A stretch of 64,000 nucleotides of DNA from positions 32,984,001 through 33,048,000 of the forward strand of contig NC_042997.1 of NCBI RefSeq assembly GCF_006345805.1. Direction: 5' to 3'. Both the position numbers and the translations under genes were made by a program. The stretch comes from Octopus sinensis. Lineage: Eukaryota. The notes under the pieces are model-generated. The model was given only the letters and a program-made list of their open reading frames with translations, did not search any database and was not told the origin of the DNA. Position 1 is the stretch's first letter, and each line of letters starts with the position of its first letter. Shown here piece by piece: positions 36,142-49,529 of the stretch.

Positions 36142-38260
36142 TTAAAAAAAATGTATCATTAATCCCAATTCACAGTGAATGATTGACATCAAAAATGGAA
36201 CCCAGCTATCAAATACTTATTCTAAGTTGTGATAAAACTGTTTAGATCCATCTACCTTCTAATTGTTGCTTGATATAAAGGACAAAACCTCTTGCAACCT
36301 ATTTGATATTTGGGATCCCATAGAAAGCTTAATCGATATTGTGAGATGTTCAACTGGGTTCTGATTCATTGGAAGATTGGATTTTGATACTGGAAGCTAA
36401 TGAAACTCTTGCATTGCTCCATTGTTTATGGCTGTGAACTGTAATCTCACTCAAGGACAGGAGTCTGCAACAGTATCTATAGTAACCTCATCCAAAGACA
36501 GAAGTTTGTTATATTTACAGAAGGATTAAATTTTCATTGTGTGAAGAAAGCAATGTTACAGAAGCTAAACTTTTTCAGAACCACAAGATTTTTGTAGCCA
36601 GGGATTATCCCTGTGTGTGTATTTTATTTATTTATTTTTAGCAATACATGATAAGACATAACCACTTCTGGATAGAATGCTAGTCTGTTTCAGGTAGATT
36701 AGAATTGAATTACCCATTGCAAACCAACCAATGAATTAACCACCTATGGCCTAAGTATCTTGGTTCTGGATATAGACATGGTGATATGATGCTTACAAGT
36801 CAGATGTGGAAGTAGATATATGGCATGTTGGTTAAATAACTATGTACAATCTACAAATTCTTTGCTTCAGCTATATCTTACTTTTACATAATTGAAGACC
36901 AAACTTTACTCTTTCATGTGTATTGTCTGGACATCTTCATAACTTCCCCACAATTTATTTTTTTTGTAGTTTATATAACATGTTTTCAAAGTGAATTCTA
37001 TCAAAACACCACAATTTTTCTTTTGCTGTATAAGCATGTTTCAGCAAAATTTGGAACAAATGAGGCTTTTAGTGTTGCAAAAACCAGTGATGTTCAGAGA
37101 ATTTGCACCACTGATTGCTTGACTTGGCCATCCATGTAGTCTTTGTTCTGTGTTACTAGAGCTGCAGAGCAACACTGAAATGCAATAGTGTATATTATGA
37201 AAGTCACAAGTGGGCAAGTAGAATAGGTTTTGATAGCTTATGGCTTAGTTGTTTGTATCCTCTTTGTTGAGCTGTTCTGTAGCCAAACTAGTGGCTTTCA
37301 ATGGGCCCTGTCCTACCACCCCTCTCTCTGGATCACTCTTATAAGCAACAATAAGCATTGTAAAAATTGTTGATGTTTTGTTGACTTGCAATGTTGTATT
37401 CCATTCCTCATATGTCTATATTGAAGTGGGATTCAATCCCACTGTTTAACTCTAAGTCAAATAAGGTTATGTCCCATTGATCGGGTATTTCTCTGGTTAA
37501 GAACTGACTCTATCATTTAACAAAATGTTGATCATCTGAGCTTCTCATGCTTTTTTAACTACTGCTTTTTCCATTTTGCTAATGCTTTCTCAATGCTTTC
37601 TTCATTTTAATATCATAACAGTATCAAGGATATAGTTCTGATATTAGTTTGACATGAGTGACTTCACACCTCTACTCTTCATGTGAATGCTATATAAGCA
37701 TAGGGGATATATATATTTGGTGTTGTATATTTATTCACATTTCAAAGTCTAACATTAAGAGTTGTTATCTGCCAGTGATATAAACACAAATACTTTAATA
37801 CACCACAAGTACATGCAAGAGTTCACAGTATCAAAATCAACAATGCAGTATTTTAACACAGTATCCACTTTAAGTGGAAGGTAGCTATTACCTATTGGTA
37901 TTAATAATGCTTCTGCCACTTATTTTTTAGTGCATTAAAACATTTTCGAAGTTAATATTTAAACAGGATGGACTAAAAAAAAACTACAGATGCATCTATT
38001 ATTTCCCTGTTCACTGCCCCTTTGATCCAAGTAACAACTATAAAGTTTTGTACTCCCATCCCTGAGGGGACGGTACCACTCAATTAGTGAAGTACTGATC
38101 TAAGACACCCCTATTCTGTTGCATTCAGCGACTTTCCAACTGATAGGTTAATTTCTGTTGCTGTGCAATATCTATGGCCAAAGTATCTAACTCTTAATGA
38201 GGGAGCTCCTTTATGTTGCTGTAAATAGATACAATAGAAAAGGGCAGTTTACCTCTTTAA

Positions 38261-38481
38261 CCCTTTCGTTACCAACCCGGCTGAAACCAGCTCTGGCTCT
38301 TTAGTACAAATGTCTGGTTTTCAAAAGTTCTGAATTAAAACCTTCCACCAAACCTTAGTCACAATTTATGTCCCTAACTCTAGCTTAATGATAACGATGT
38401 TATTTTACTTAATTCTTTGTTATATTTAAAATAATTGGAAGAAACACTGAGCATCTCAAAATAAATTCAGTAACGAAAGGG
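38261..38481. mobile_element. piggyBac-like MITE family 1 (221 bp)
   Basis: TTAA at 38257-60 and 38482-85. Perfect TIRs ccctttcgttac / gtaacgaaaggg. Confidence 0.92.
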
Positions 38482-39000
38482 TTAAGCAGCAAAATAATGA
38501 GTATTACATTTAAATGCATTCATGTATGAAACCCTTAAAACTGGCATCTTTTCCAGTGACTTATAATGGTTTCAAAATTTTGATACAAGGCTAGCATTTT
38601 CAGGGGAGTGGGGTATGTCAGTTACATCAACCTCAGTGTTTAACTGGTACTTTTTTTTATTGACCCAGAAAATATGAGAGCAAAGTCAGCCTTAGAAGAA
38701 TTTGCAGTCAGAACATAAAGATGGACGAAATGCTGCCAAGCGTTTAGCCTGGCATGCTAACAATTCTGCCAGCTAACATCCTTAGGGTGCATCTATATTA
38801 AGAACACTTGACATATTCAGTGTGTATCCTATAACCCATTTAGTCTTTGGAGCACTCATCTAATGTATCCAGAGCATAACATCCTGGCAGAACACACCTC
38901 TCTGCAATCTGCTCACAGGTTGAATTTAATTCAGAAGTGTAGATAATGAGTATATATCTGTATATTTGTTGGACTGTGCCATATTAAAGTCAAGCTTTAA

Positions 39001-39219
39001 CCCTTTAGCATTTAAACTGGCCATATCCGGCCAAAATATTTAATCTGTTCTATGTTCAAACTGACCAGATCCAGGCTCTCACACCTACCCTACAATGTTA
39101 TTCTACATTAAGTAATTACACCATCAAGATCTTGAAGATATGAGATAATGCATGATTAATTCAAATCAATGGGAATCAATAGGCATTATGTTTGATAGAA
39201 TAATCTGAATACTAAAGGG
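39001..39219. mobile_element. piggyBac-like MITE family 2
   Basis: TTAA at 38997-39000 and 39220-23. TIRs ccctttagcatt / aatactaaaggg. Confidence 0.82.
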
Positions 39220-41133
39220 TTAAACAATGGTGAAGAGACATAAATTGTAGAGACTGTTAATTTTGATGATTACAATTTTCTCTTGCTAATGGTAACTGAC
39301 AAAAAGTAAGATAAAATGCCCTGAGATCATCAGGCACATATGTGTTATATTTTACTCTTTAAGAAACTTAACTAAAAAAAAAAACTCAACGAATATATTT
39401 TAGTAGATGTTTATTCAAAGAAGAACATAGGTATTTATTGTATATTTGTTCAAATATAAGACAGAACAGGACAACTTGCATTTTCCTAATAAATATCATT
39501 TAAGAAATGTTTTCTGCTATGTTAAATGGTTTTTTATATATCATCTATATAAAATATGGTTTTGAGGAACAATTTAAAAAAATATTTTTACTTATATTTA
39601 AACATACATTATACATATTCTATAGATTTTATTACTTATGTAAGAACATTGTTTAGGTGTGAGGAATTAAGAATTAGTTGAAGCTCCAATTTAATCTGTA
39701 ACCAGATAACAAGGGTAAATTTTCAAATGTTTTTTAATTCGAAGCTGGCCAGATGTTCTGCATTTTTAAAAATATTTTTGCTACAAAACTTAGTTTAAAA
39801 ATCATTGATTGTTTCATGTTTGTTTTCTTTGTAGTTACTTTTATCTCAGAAAATGAAATGGAAATATTTGAACCATATCAAGTAGAAATTATTTCATCTC
39901 ATAGCAAAATCCATCATTGGATTTGATTTATATCGACTTTATATTTTATTTTATTTCATCTCTCAAGAGATAATACTTTTATTTCCGCAAAAGAATAAAA
40001 GCACTCTTTCATGAAATTGTCAATTGATTTATTTAAAAAAAAGATTAAAAAATGTTTGAAATGATGAAAACAATCAAAAGAAACATGTTCACATTTGTTA
40101 CAGATTGTAGATATTACAGTAAAATAATTAAATTTCAATTTTTTTAACAACTAAAGTAATTTATTTAACACTTGCATAAATTAAGTTAGATATCAACTGG
40201 TATAACTGTTCATTGTTTGCATATCAAATGGGTAGAAAATTTTGAAAAAAATCCTGTATCATATTTTAAAATTCAGAAGCAATTTACAGCAATCATTTGT
40301 GTAAAATTAACAATGTTTTAATTGCTTAATTGCAAATTTACAGTGTTGATACTCGAAAATTTGGAAGTAAAAGAAACAAAAAACAAAATTAAAACACAAC
40401 ACTTGAAGGGTTATAGATGTTACTATATCCTGTGATGGAGCCAAGAGGGAATTTACCAGAAATAGGGTGACAAAATTGAAATTTGAATTTTTACAAAATC
40501 TGATATATTTGATAATGCATCTTTTTTTAATTCAGATATCACCAAGATCAACTTTACTTTCCACTTTTTATTATTAAAATAGCTTCTTGTGATATACTGA
40601 GTTCAACTCAATACTTGATTCAATAATTACTTGTCACCTTGAAAAGATTTGAAGGTTCACACTGAGACAAAAGAAACAGTTATTGCAACTTGTTATACAA
40701 CTGGAAGAATCCATGTATTTCCAGATATCTGATATCTGTTAGTCTACTCATGTATTTAGATAAGTCACTATAGGAAGAAAAAAAATGTAGATGGTGATAA
40801 AAGAGAAACAAAATTTCCAGTATTTATAAGATAAATTACTTCAGGAGAATGGTTTATTTTTAATTTGGAATAAAAATATTTTAGATAGCTATCAAGGAAC
40901 ACACATATATGCATTTGTGATTATGTATATATGTGAATACATACGCATATCAATGTGTCTGTATACACATGCTTATGTATATATGTATGCATAGGCATGA
41001 CTTACATGCAGGCATGGCTGTGTGGTTGTGTATACACATATTATGCTCCATATACATACATGGGACATGTAGATGTCATGATATGAAAGCTACCAACATT
41101 TGCCATTACACAATATAATGTGCGTGTATGCAT

Positions 41134-41327
41134 ATCATCATCATCATCGTTTAACGTCCGTTCTCCATGCTAGCATGGTTGGACGGTTCGATCGGGGATC
41201 TGGGAAGCCAGAAGGCTGCACCAGGCTCCGGTCTTATCTGGCAACCTTCTGGCTTCCCAGATCCCCGGTCGAACCGTCCAACCCATGCTAGCATGGAGAA
41301 CGGACGTTAAACGATGATGATGATGAT
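41134..41327. repeat. Palindrome of two RTE 3' ends joined head-to-head (arms ~86 bp, 21-nt loop)
   Basis: Arms 41134-41219 and 41241-41327, with (ATC)n and (GAT)n tails at the outer ends. Confidence 0.92.
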
Positions 41328-44300
41328 CATCATCTATGTATATAAATGTATACATGTGTGTGTGTGTGTGTGTGTGTGTCTATTTCTTAATATTTGTGCT
41401 TGTCTGGAAATTTGCTTAGCTATGAGTGGTGATGTTGCTGTCTTTCCTCTGTCAATGATGTCCCGGTTTTGTGCCATTGAAGACATTGTAAAACAGTACC
41501 TCAATGATATATTCATCTAACCCATGCTAGCATGGAAAAAATGGACACACAAATAAATGAATGAATAACACATAGACACACATGTGCAAGTGTGTGCACA
41601 CACATCCCCAAAGATCAGTAAGAACATACCTTTATCATTCAGTGATAATCAACTTCTGAAGAAGCTGTGACTGTTTTATATTATTTGGTATTAACACATT
41701 TGAATGATCAGATGTTTCTTTTTCCATCTAAACTTTTGTGTAGTAACACAAATCTGAGTCAAAACATTAGTACACACTTACATTATGTAATGATAAATCT
41801 TGGTAGACACTTCTTATGCCCCATTATATATATATGACAGACCAGAAGTCTATTTAAGATATAATCAGTACTGAAAATGCAGAGCATTTGCCCAATAACA
41901 AACTTATTCCATTGCATGATGGATCAAGGCCTACCATGTCTTTGAATGAATATGAATGAGAAGAAATTTAAAATGCAAGGAAACAAAATAAACAAAAGTA
42001 TATACTGATTGCTATAGTTTATAGTTTATTTTTAATTAGAAGAAAATAAATTATAAAACATTTGCAACCACGAAAGGAATACAATAAAACTTACAATATA
42101 CATGTATATAAGTATTCTTTAAACCCATAAGTTGTTATCAAGGTCCAGTTTGTTGGTTTCCAAATTTAATGAATTGAAGGAGGATCAGAGGAAACAGAAG
42201 AAATTATTGTTATTATTATTATTATTATTATATTATTATTATCATTATTATTATTTAATTTGTTTCTGTTTAATTTTCGTGTTGAATTTAAAATAATCAA
42301 GTAAAAACAAAAAAAAAACAACTACAAACATACAGCAATCATAGAAAGCACAATCTTGAATGTCAAAAGTTTTGTTATTTTATTATTTTTTTTTTGTTAT
42401 AATTAATATTTTTCTTTATTTTATTATTAAAGTTTTATGAATGGGCTTTTGGGGAAAAATGGTTCTGAAGGATAAAATATTTACAGGTAGAAAATACGGG
42501 TAACTGTTTTTGATGGGGTGAGAGGGGAACAAAATCCAAAATCTCAAACACAAAGGAAAACAAAATTCTCTTAGAGTTACATGGATCTAGTGTTATTTAT
42601 CATAGTTGTCTATTAAAATAATGTTTTAGTTTTTTAACAAGAGATAAATTCAATATATTTATATTATTTGTCACCATCCATACCACTTCTAACAAATCCT
42701 TGAATATAAATCATTTAGTAGATAAAAATACATTCACGTCAAGCTTCTTTTATTAAAAATTATATTCATATTAATTTAAACATAATTGATAAACTAACTT
42801 AAATTATCTTAAAAATATCATAATTGAGTATTTTTTGAGTTGGTGCATATTGAAATTATTTGAACATGTGCTGCTTTTCTTACTGTGAAATTCAATATTT
42901 TCTTTAAAAAAATATTGCAAACATTTAAAATTAAATTTTTAAAATCTATTTTAAATATAAAATGTTGTTTTAAATTAATTTGTAAAATATTATTCAAAAT
43001 AGAAAAATTACTGTGAATTTATATTTTATGTTTGCATTAGATTCTCAACTTTAAATAATTAAAGATAAATGCTTTAGTTAAAAGAAACCGACTATTTTAA
43101 AACTTGAATATGAAATAGTTCAAAATTTTTTTTTTTTAAAGCGTAGACAAGGGAATTAATTCTAAATCCTTGGGTATCACGATCAGGTACGCAAAAAATT
43201 AACCCTCCCTTTCAAGGGAAATAACTGTAAAACACATCAAGGAGAAGAGATATGTAAAGGGAGGTAACTGTATCCGGTCATATTTAATAAATAGCTATTG
43301 ATTAATATCAAAAAAGTTTCAAGAACAATAAACATTAAAAAAAAAATAGAAAAATGTTTAAACTCAGTCCAATCTTTCTGCACGATGGATTGAATTTAAG
43401 CAAAAGCTCTTTAATTTCTCCTCTGCTCCTTATTGCATTATATTATTTAATTTGAACAGTCGTTCGTTGATATTTTCTTTTTTTGTTCTTGAAACTTTTT
43501 GGAATATTTTACTACCATACATTGACACAAACATCCGGATTACCACTTGATTTATATTTAGGCTACGAAATGTAGCAAAATTTCTTTAATGAATTCGAAA
43601 AATTCAAATAGTTAATATAATATTTTAAAATTTCTTTGTATATTTAGTTTCAAATTTGAAACTTCACATTACATTAATCTTCTACAAATTAATTTCATTT
43701 ATAGTAGAAGATTTCTATAAGAAAAATACATTTCTTTTATGAATTTCTCCAAAAGTACAATTCAATTTTCACAATGAAATAATATGTATATTTTTTAAAA
43801 AAATTATAGTACTTAAAAATTAATATGTAAAAAGCACTAAAAGTTATGGAAAATGATGAAAAAACAAAAAAAAAAAACTTGGCTGATGTGACTGAAAATT
43901 ATTTATTACACATTCAGCAGTTAACTGATAAAATTATCATCTATGACATAAAGAGTTTTTATTTCAGTTCTCTATTTAGGATTGTCTTATTATAGTGACA
44001 TATCTGTCACATGTGTATATGGAGGAGTAGAATTGCTCTCCCTGTGTGCATTTGTGTATATATGCAATGTGTCTAAATATTGCTTTCAATAAATAATATA
44101 GCTGTCTATATTGTAATGCTTAAATGAAAATGGTTTATTAGTCACATCAGTCCAAAATAATAATAATAATAAAAAATTACATTTGAAACCAAAAAATCAA
44201 ATTACAAGATTTATTAACAATATGGTGATTTAGTAAATAATTTTGATGTTAGAAAATCAATACTTCTGGGATTGGTAAAACATTATTAGAAGTAGTCATA

Positions 44301-44343
44301 TATATATATATATATATATATATTTTTATATATATATATATAC

Positions 44344-44385
<42 letters not shown>

Positions 44386-44645
44386 CAATGCATGAAAAAG
44401 TATGTTTTAGGGATGCACAGAAAATTCTTCAAACAAATATTAAATTTTACATTTTAATACCCATCGAAATTTAAGAATTAAAAACAGATTAATTTTGTAT
44501 AATTATATAAATTAATCATCAAAATTATTTTGTCTACTCCTAGGGCAGAATAGAGTAGTAGATACTTATGATGTAGACACAATGAATGTGTGTGTGTGAG
44601 TGTTTATATGTATATATATATGTATATATTTATATGTGTATATAG

Positions 44646-44707
<62 letters not shown>

Positions 44708-44923
44708 GATGCAGTTTAAATAAGTATCAGATTGCTGTTTTAAGGGACTTATATATTCATGCATGTGTACATACGCACACACAAACACACACACAAATTA
44801 TACACGCATGCATATATATATATATGTATATATAATATATGTATGTGTGTATGTGGAAAGTATTGATGTATAAGAAACTTCCCTTTAACTAAAAAAATTC
44901 TTGTTATTGTTTTTTCTTCTTAG

Positions 44924-45138
44924 TTGAAGAATTTAAATTCAGGGAAAGTGGAAAACAGCCGGTGCCACACGAAACAGGGGAACTGCATGAGTTTCCACAN
45001 NNNNNNNNNNNNNNNNNNNNNNNNNNNNNNNNNNNNNNNNNNNNNNNNNNNNNNNNNNNNNNNNNNNNNNNNNNNNNNNNNNNNNNNNNNNNNNNNNNNT
45101 GAAAAACTCAAAGGACGTGGGCTAGCATCATCGTGGAA
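44924..45138 (+). CDS. Candidate exon of unidentified gene Y, split by the N gap (EEFKFRESGKQPVPHETGELHEFP-H-EKLKGRGLASSW)
   Basis: Strong acceptor ttgttttttcttcttag. GNN-rich codons. Frame is continuous if the gap has zero length. Weak donor AA|GTAGAT, phase 2. Confidence 0.5.
45000..45099. other. Assembly gap (100 N)
   Basis: Run of 100 n. Confidence 0.99.
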
Positions 45139-45770
45139 GTAGATTTCAGATTGTAGTGTAGATCTGGAAAAGAAAAATCATTACAACTGTTAGAACCAAA
45201 TTGGTCAATTTTTGTTTTTTTAGAAAATAAAGATTGAAATAAATACATCTTAAAATTTTGTTATTTTTGGAATGCTATCTGAAGCTAATATCTAACAATT
45301 ATTTAACAAGTAGTTTAGTATGTGATTTTTCTTGGCTAGAAAACACCAATAAATATCTTTTGTGGTAGACAATTCTTTTTTAGATTGTAATATCAAAAAA
45401 GACTGTACTACTTGCTTGAGTTACCATTTGTAACTATTATAAGCTCATATGGTGTTTACTAACTTTTCTTTGCCAATCCCCAACTAATTTTTTTACTTTC
45501 TAACAATTGAAGAATGAGAAAAGTCAATTTCCTAATAGCTAATTAAGTTTTAAAACTTAAATTATACTACACAACGTGCAGGTAAACAAACTGAACTACA
45601 AAAATAATAAGATTTTGATGTTATATAAATTAATTGGAAAAAAAGGAAAAAAAAACTGTAAACGGTGATGATTGCAATAATGATTAAAAAATTAATTGAC
45701 TGCCTTGTTCCCACTTTATATTTCTGATTTTTTCAAAATGTGAAACTTTCTCACAGACTGCAATTTACAG

Positions 45771-45845
45771 GTCTACCCATGGTTTTGGGAAATTACTAGA
45801 TTATGCCTTGATTGTTGAAAGAGCATTGAATCTAGATTCGCACAA
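45771..45845 (+). CDS. Candidate gene Y exon (STHGFGKLLDYALIVERALNLDSH)
   Basis: tttacag acceptor, GTATAT donor, 75 nt, phase 2-2, compatible with the preceding exon. Confidence 0.5.
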
Positions 45846-45884
45846 GTATATCATTGCAAATGAAATGAGGATACAGTTCTTTGT

Positions 45885-46200
45885 CCATTGCCAGCCTCGC
45901 CTGGCCCCCGTGCCGGTGACACGTAGCACCATCCGTTTGTGGCCGTTGCCAGCCTCGCCTGGCCCCTGTGCCGGTGGCATGTAAAAGCACCATCCGTTCA
46001 TGGCTGTTAGCCAGCTCTGTCTGGCACGTAAAAAGTACCCACTACACTCATGGAGTGGTTGGCGTTAGGAAGGGCATCCAGCCGTAGAAACACTGCCAGA
46101 TCAGACTGGGCCTGATGCAGCCTTCTGGCTTCACAGACCCCAGTTAAACCGTCCAACCCATGCTAGCATGGAAAGCGGACGCTAAATGATGATGATGATG
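45885..46200 (+). mobile_element. RTE LINE 3' UTR fragment with (GAT)n tail
   Basis: Family match. Confidence 0.88.
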
Positions 46201-46275
46201 ATAATGAAGTAGAATAATAAAGTTCTTGGGTTTAATAGAATAAAGTTATTTCTAAGAGCTAATTAATGATTTTAG

Positions 46276-46468
46276 ATTATGAGCTCCCCAAGTTGGGATG
46301 TCCTGAGAAAGTAAGTGGAAATAAAAGTTTCAATTACTGCTAAAACAAGTTGAATGGTAAGGTTTAGGCTAACTACAGAATCAGCAGGACCTGAGAGAGG
46401 ATAACAGTTCAGAGCCCAAAACATTGGAGAAAAGTTTTGATGGTCTACGTTCCATGGGTTTAAGAGAG
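46276..46468 (+). CDS. Candidate exon pair 46276-46310 (YELPKLGCPEK) and 46380-46468 (NQQDLREDNSSEPKTLEKSFDGLRSMGLR) around a 69-nt intron
   Basis: Two perfect GTAAGT donors (46311, 46469). Phases 1-0 and 0-2 fit each other, but the entry phase does not fit exon 45771-45845. Confidence 0.4.
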
Positions 46469-46496
46469 TAAGTACATATATATTTGTATATCTATC

Positions 46497-46541
<45 letters not shown>

Positions 46542-46542
46542 G

Positions 46543-46866
46543 TTAAAGGCCTTTGATATGGAGGACACTGACTGGGAGAACAATGCCTGTCATCGCCACA
46601 GACGGAGGAGGCAGGTTAAGGAGGGGATCGACACTTTTGAGAGAGCACGTATCCAGCATGAAGAACTTAAGCGAGCTGGGCGAAAGCGCACGGCTCGTAT
46701 AGTGAATGGGGAAAGCTTGGTCTGCAATGTTTGCAGTCGTGTATACTTGTCAAGAGCAGGGCTCATTAGCCACCAACGGAGCTGCAAATGCAAAATATAA
46801 GTTAGTCCTAGAGCACACAATGTTCCTGAAGGTCAGCAATGGTCGTCCTCAGTCACGAGTGGACGA

Positions 46867-46873
<7 letters not shown>
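46543..46873 (+). mobile_element. RTE (BovB-like) LINE 3' end with C-terminal zinc finger
   Basis: WENNACHR...VKEGIDTFERARI...KRAGRK...CNVCSRVYLSRAGLISHQRSC*. Terminal stem ggtcgtcc / ggacgacc. Confidence 0.8.
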
Positions 46874-46917
<44 letters not shown>

Positions 46918-46939
46918 TATATATATATATATATATATA

Positions 46940-47150
46940 TACTTTGATACTTTGATACTTTGATAGGTTTCGGCCATTATTGGCCCAGGCCATGTCTAAC
47001 TTAATAGCACCACCTGGTGAAGTCTTTCAAGTCAGAATTTGGGCACTATGGCCCACTCAAGTAGAGAGTTATTGTTTACAGAGACATATCCGGGTGTAGG
47101 GGTTTATCCGGGATTTCTTGAAGGAATCTGTCCAAAGACTTCTTGAACCC
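46940..47150 (-). mobile_element. Second LINE family 3' end (CR1-like) with (TCAAAGTA)3 tail
   Basis: Reverse translation [17 protein letters not shown] / TPGYVSVNNNSLLEWA with one frameshift. An octamer tandem tail is typical of CR1-clade elements. Confidence 0.7.
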
Positions 47151-47165
47151 TATATATGTATATAT

Positions 47166-47213
<48 letters not shown>

Positions 47214-47242
47214 TATATATATATATATCTATATATATATAT

Positions 47243-47276
<34 letters not shown>

Positions 47277-47283
47277 ACATATG

Positions 47284-47317
<34 letters not shown>

Positions 47318-47348
47318 TATCTATATAATATATATATATATATAGATG

Positions 47349-47387
<39 letters not shown>

Positions 47388-47579
47388 TACATGTATATAT
47401 ATATATATATCTATATATATAATAATATATATATATATACATGTATCTATATATATATATACATGTATATATATATATAGATACATGTATATATATATAT
47501 ATATTATATATATATATAGATATATATATATATATATATAATACATGTATCTATATATATATAATGTATCTATATATAT

Positions 47580-47617
<38 letters not shown>

Positions 47618-48039
47618 CTATATATATATAAATGTATCTATATATATGTTATATATATATATATAATGTATATATATATATGTATCTATCTATATATATA
47701 TATATGCATCTATATATATGTATATATATATATGTATCTATGTATATGTATATATATATGTATCTATGTATATGTATATATATGTATATATATGTATCTA
47801 TATGTATATATATATATGTATCTATATATATGTATATTTATATATATGTACATATGTATATATATATATCTATGTATATATCTATGTATGTATATATATA
47901 TATATATCTATATATATATATATGATATATATATATATATATATGTATGTATGTGTGTGGTATATATATATATATATATATACGTATATATATATATATA
48001 TGTGTGTATATATATATATAAAACACTCACAATGCCCTG

Positions 48040-48072
<33 letters not shown>

Positions 48073-48083
48073 GGTATATATGT

Positions 48084-48830
48084 ATAGCTTGGGCAAAGTT
48101 CAGAGAGCTCTTACCTCTGCTGGTGACAAAGTGCCTCTCACTCAGAGTAAAATGTAGACTGTATGGCGCATGTGTACGAACAGCTATGCTACATAGCAAT
48201 GAAACATGGGCTGTGACTACTGAGGACATGTGTAAATTCACAAGGAATGAAGCCAGTATGCTCCGATGAATGTGTAATGTCAGTGTGCATACTCGACAGA
48301 GAGTAAGTACCTTGAGAGAAAAGTTGGACCTAAGAAGCATCAGATGTGGTGTGCAAGAGAGACGACTGCACTGGTATAGTCATGTGGCGAGAATGGATGA
48401 GGATAGCTGTGTGAAAAAGTGCCACACCCTAGTGTTTGAGGGAACCTGTGGAAGAGGTAGACCCAGGAAACCTGGGATGAGGTGATGAAGCATGACCTTC
48501 GAACAGTGGGCCTCACCAAGGCAATGACTAGTGACCGGGACCTTTGGAAATATGCTGTGCTTGTGAAGGCTCGGCAAGCCAAGTGAGACCATAAACTTGT
48601 GGCCTATGCCAGGGGTGTAACCAGCCCACTTTCCTTCATTGTACACCAAACTCTATTTGTGAAGATCTGTTGAGGTAAGTGAAATCAAAGTTGAAATCGA
48701 AATCAAATTCGATGACTGTCAACCGTGCTAGTGGAGCGCTAAGAGTACCATCCGAGCGTGATTGTTGCCAGAGTAACAAACTGGCTTCTGTGCTGGTGGC
48801 ATGTAAAAAGCACAATTGTGTGATGGCTAG
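48084..48830 (+). mobile_element. 5'-truncated RTE-clade LINE (RT C-terminus plus start of 3' UTR)
   Basis: [62 protein letters not shown]. One premature stop and one frameshift. Confidence 0.92.
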
Positions 48831-49035
48831 AATGTTCTTTTGTATACATATATATATATGTATATATATGTGAATATGTATATATGTACATATTCACATA
48901 TATATACATATATACATATATATATATATACATATACATATATACATTGATATATATACATACATATATATTTATGTATATATATATTTATGTATATATA
49001 TGTATATATATGTATGTTTATGTATATATATGTAT

Positions 49036-49459
49036 ATGTATATAAGAAATTAAAAAAGGAAAATATGCATACTTTACATAGTTTTAATATAATTTTTAAT
49101 ATATCAACTGGTTTTACTATCACTATTCATGATATTATGTTTTACTTATTTGAATATGTATTTTCTTAAGTAGAATATATATTCCCACCCAACCATTACT
49201 GAAAGCTGAATAGTTATCTCCCTTACCTACAGCAATAACAATAATAACGATAACCAATTACCTCCCCTTATTTTTCTACTTGTGAAGTCATTCACTCGTA
49301 AACACGACATGGACAAAATTTCTTCTTAAGAAAATACATATTCAAATAAGTAAAACATAATACCATGAATAGCGATAGTGAAACCGGTCGATATATTAAA
49401 AATTATATTGAAACTATGTGAAGTATGCGTATTTTCCTCTTTTAACTTCTTATATACAT
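49036..49459. mobile_element. Foldback MITE-like element, 139-bp inverted arms with ~145-bp spacer
   Basis: 49036-49174 aligns ungapped to the reverse complement of 49321-49459 with 11 mismatches. Confidence 0.88.
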
Positions 49460-49494
49460 TACAACTCACCATGTAAATATAGATATATATTTAC

Positions 49495-49529
<35 letters not shown>

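Larger units (their letters stand above)
46480..48083. repeat. Long degenerate (TA)n field hosting LINE fragments
   Basis: Direct inspection. Confidence 0.95.

Noticed and set aside
46279-46310. MSSPSWDVLRK resembles the GOSR1/Gos28 N-terminus
   Set aside because: No downstream QARQLENE-type exon was found in the window, and the other frame links in phase to the next exon.
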